Shown piece after piece: positions 63,494 to 64,000 of a stretch of DNA of 64,000 nucleotides. Source of the DNA: an uncultured Chloroflexia bacterium (lineage in GTDB: Bacteria > Chloroflexota > Limnocylindria > Limnocylindrales > CSP1-4). Both the position numbers and the translations under genes were made by a program. Under the pieces are notes generated by a model, which saw only the letters and a program-made list of their open reading frames with translations, made no database searches and was not told the origin of the DNA. Position 1 is the first letter of the stretch. The number at the start of each line of letters is the position of its first letter. The DNA lies in assembly GCA_963752475.1 (NCBI GenBank), contig CAVVYR010000008.1:448001-512000 (forward strand). The letters are read 5' to 3'.

Positions 63494-64000
63494 CGACCGC
63501 TACGGGCGCCAACGCGATGGTCGAGGTCCGGGAGCTGGCCCGCAGCTTCGGTGACATCGAGGCCGTCAAGGGCGTGTCCTTCGAGATCCACGAAGGCGAG
63601 ATCTTCGGCTTCCTCGGCCCCAACGGCGCCGGCAAATCCACCACCATCAACATGCTCTGCACGCTGCTGCGCCCCACGGCCGGCGCGGCCACGCTCAACG
63701 GCTTCGACGTCCAGCAGGACCGCAGCGACGTGCGCCGCTCGATCGGCCTCGTCTTCCAGCAGCCCACACTCGACGAGTACCTCACCGCCGAGCAGAACCT
63801 CAGGTTCCACGCCTACGCCTACGCCGTCCCCAAGGACGTGCGCGACCAGCGTATGCGTGAGCTGCTCGAGATGGTCGAGCTCTGGGACCGCCGCAAGTCA
63901 CCGGTGCGCACGTACTCGGGCGGCATGAAGCGGCGCCTCGAGATCGCACGTGGGCTGCTCCACCATCCCCGCGTCCTCTTCCTCGACGAGCCCACGCTGG
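63490..64000 (+). CDS. ABC exporter ATP-binding protein (DrrA-like), truncated by window end
   Basis: ATG overlaps the marR stop; GFLGPNGAGKSTT, YSGGMKRRLEIARGL, LFLDEPT. Confidence 0.92.
   Translation, partial: MTTATGANAMVEVRELARSFGDIEAVKGVSFEIHEGEIFGFLGPNGAGKSTTINMLCTLLRPTAGAATLNGFDVQQDRSDVRRSIGLVFQQPTLDEYLTAEQNLRFHAYAYAVPKDVRDQRMRELLEMVELWDRRKSPVRTYSGGMKRRLEIARGLLHHPRVLFLDEPTL

Overview
High-GC chromosomal window with no tRNA/rRNA, CRISPR array or recognisable mobile element. Gene content suggests a high-GC Chloroflexota or Actinomycetota organism (inference). In order: the 3' end of a trehalose-phosphatase-like gene; a 15-kb minus-strand complex I operon (nuoA-B-C-D-H-[unusual module]-J-K-L-M-N); folK; a sulfatase; a purH homologue with altered catalytic motifs; a heat-shock operon (hsp20-hspR-lon-dnaJ-clpB, followed by a MidA/NDUFAF7-like methyltransferase); a potassium cluster (two KimA-like permeases, USP, two TrkA); rsmG with a structured leader and DnaA boxes; csoR; hpt; polar and branched-chain amino-acid ABC transporters; a NYN nuclease with a long disordered tail; holB; acyP; a GH13 protein; UDG; a ScyD/E-like protein; a sulfotransferase; an MFS transporter; and MarR plus an ABC ATPase. 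The main candidate novel system is the complex I. nuoI appears split in two by an inserted three-gene electron-input cassette. Its N-half is fused to a NuoE-like domain, the next gene is a NuoF homologue lacking all four N3 cysteines, and its C-half is fused to the end of a large NuoG-N/GltD(NfnB/SfrB)-like flavoprotein with an NADPH-type motif. This suggests an NADPH-linked complex I whose N6a/N6b clusters are ligated by two different polypeptides. All family calls come from reading motifs by eye; no database searches were run.
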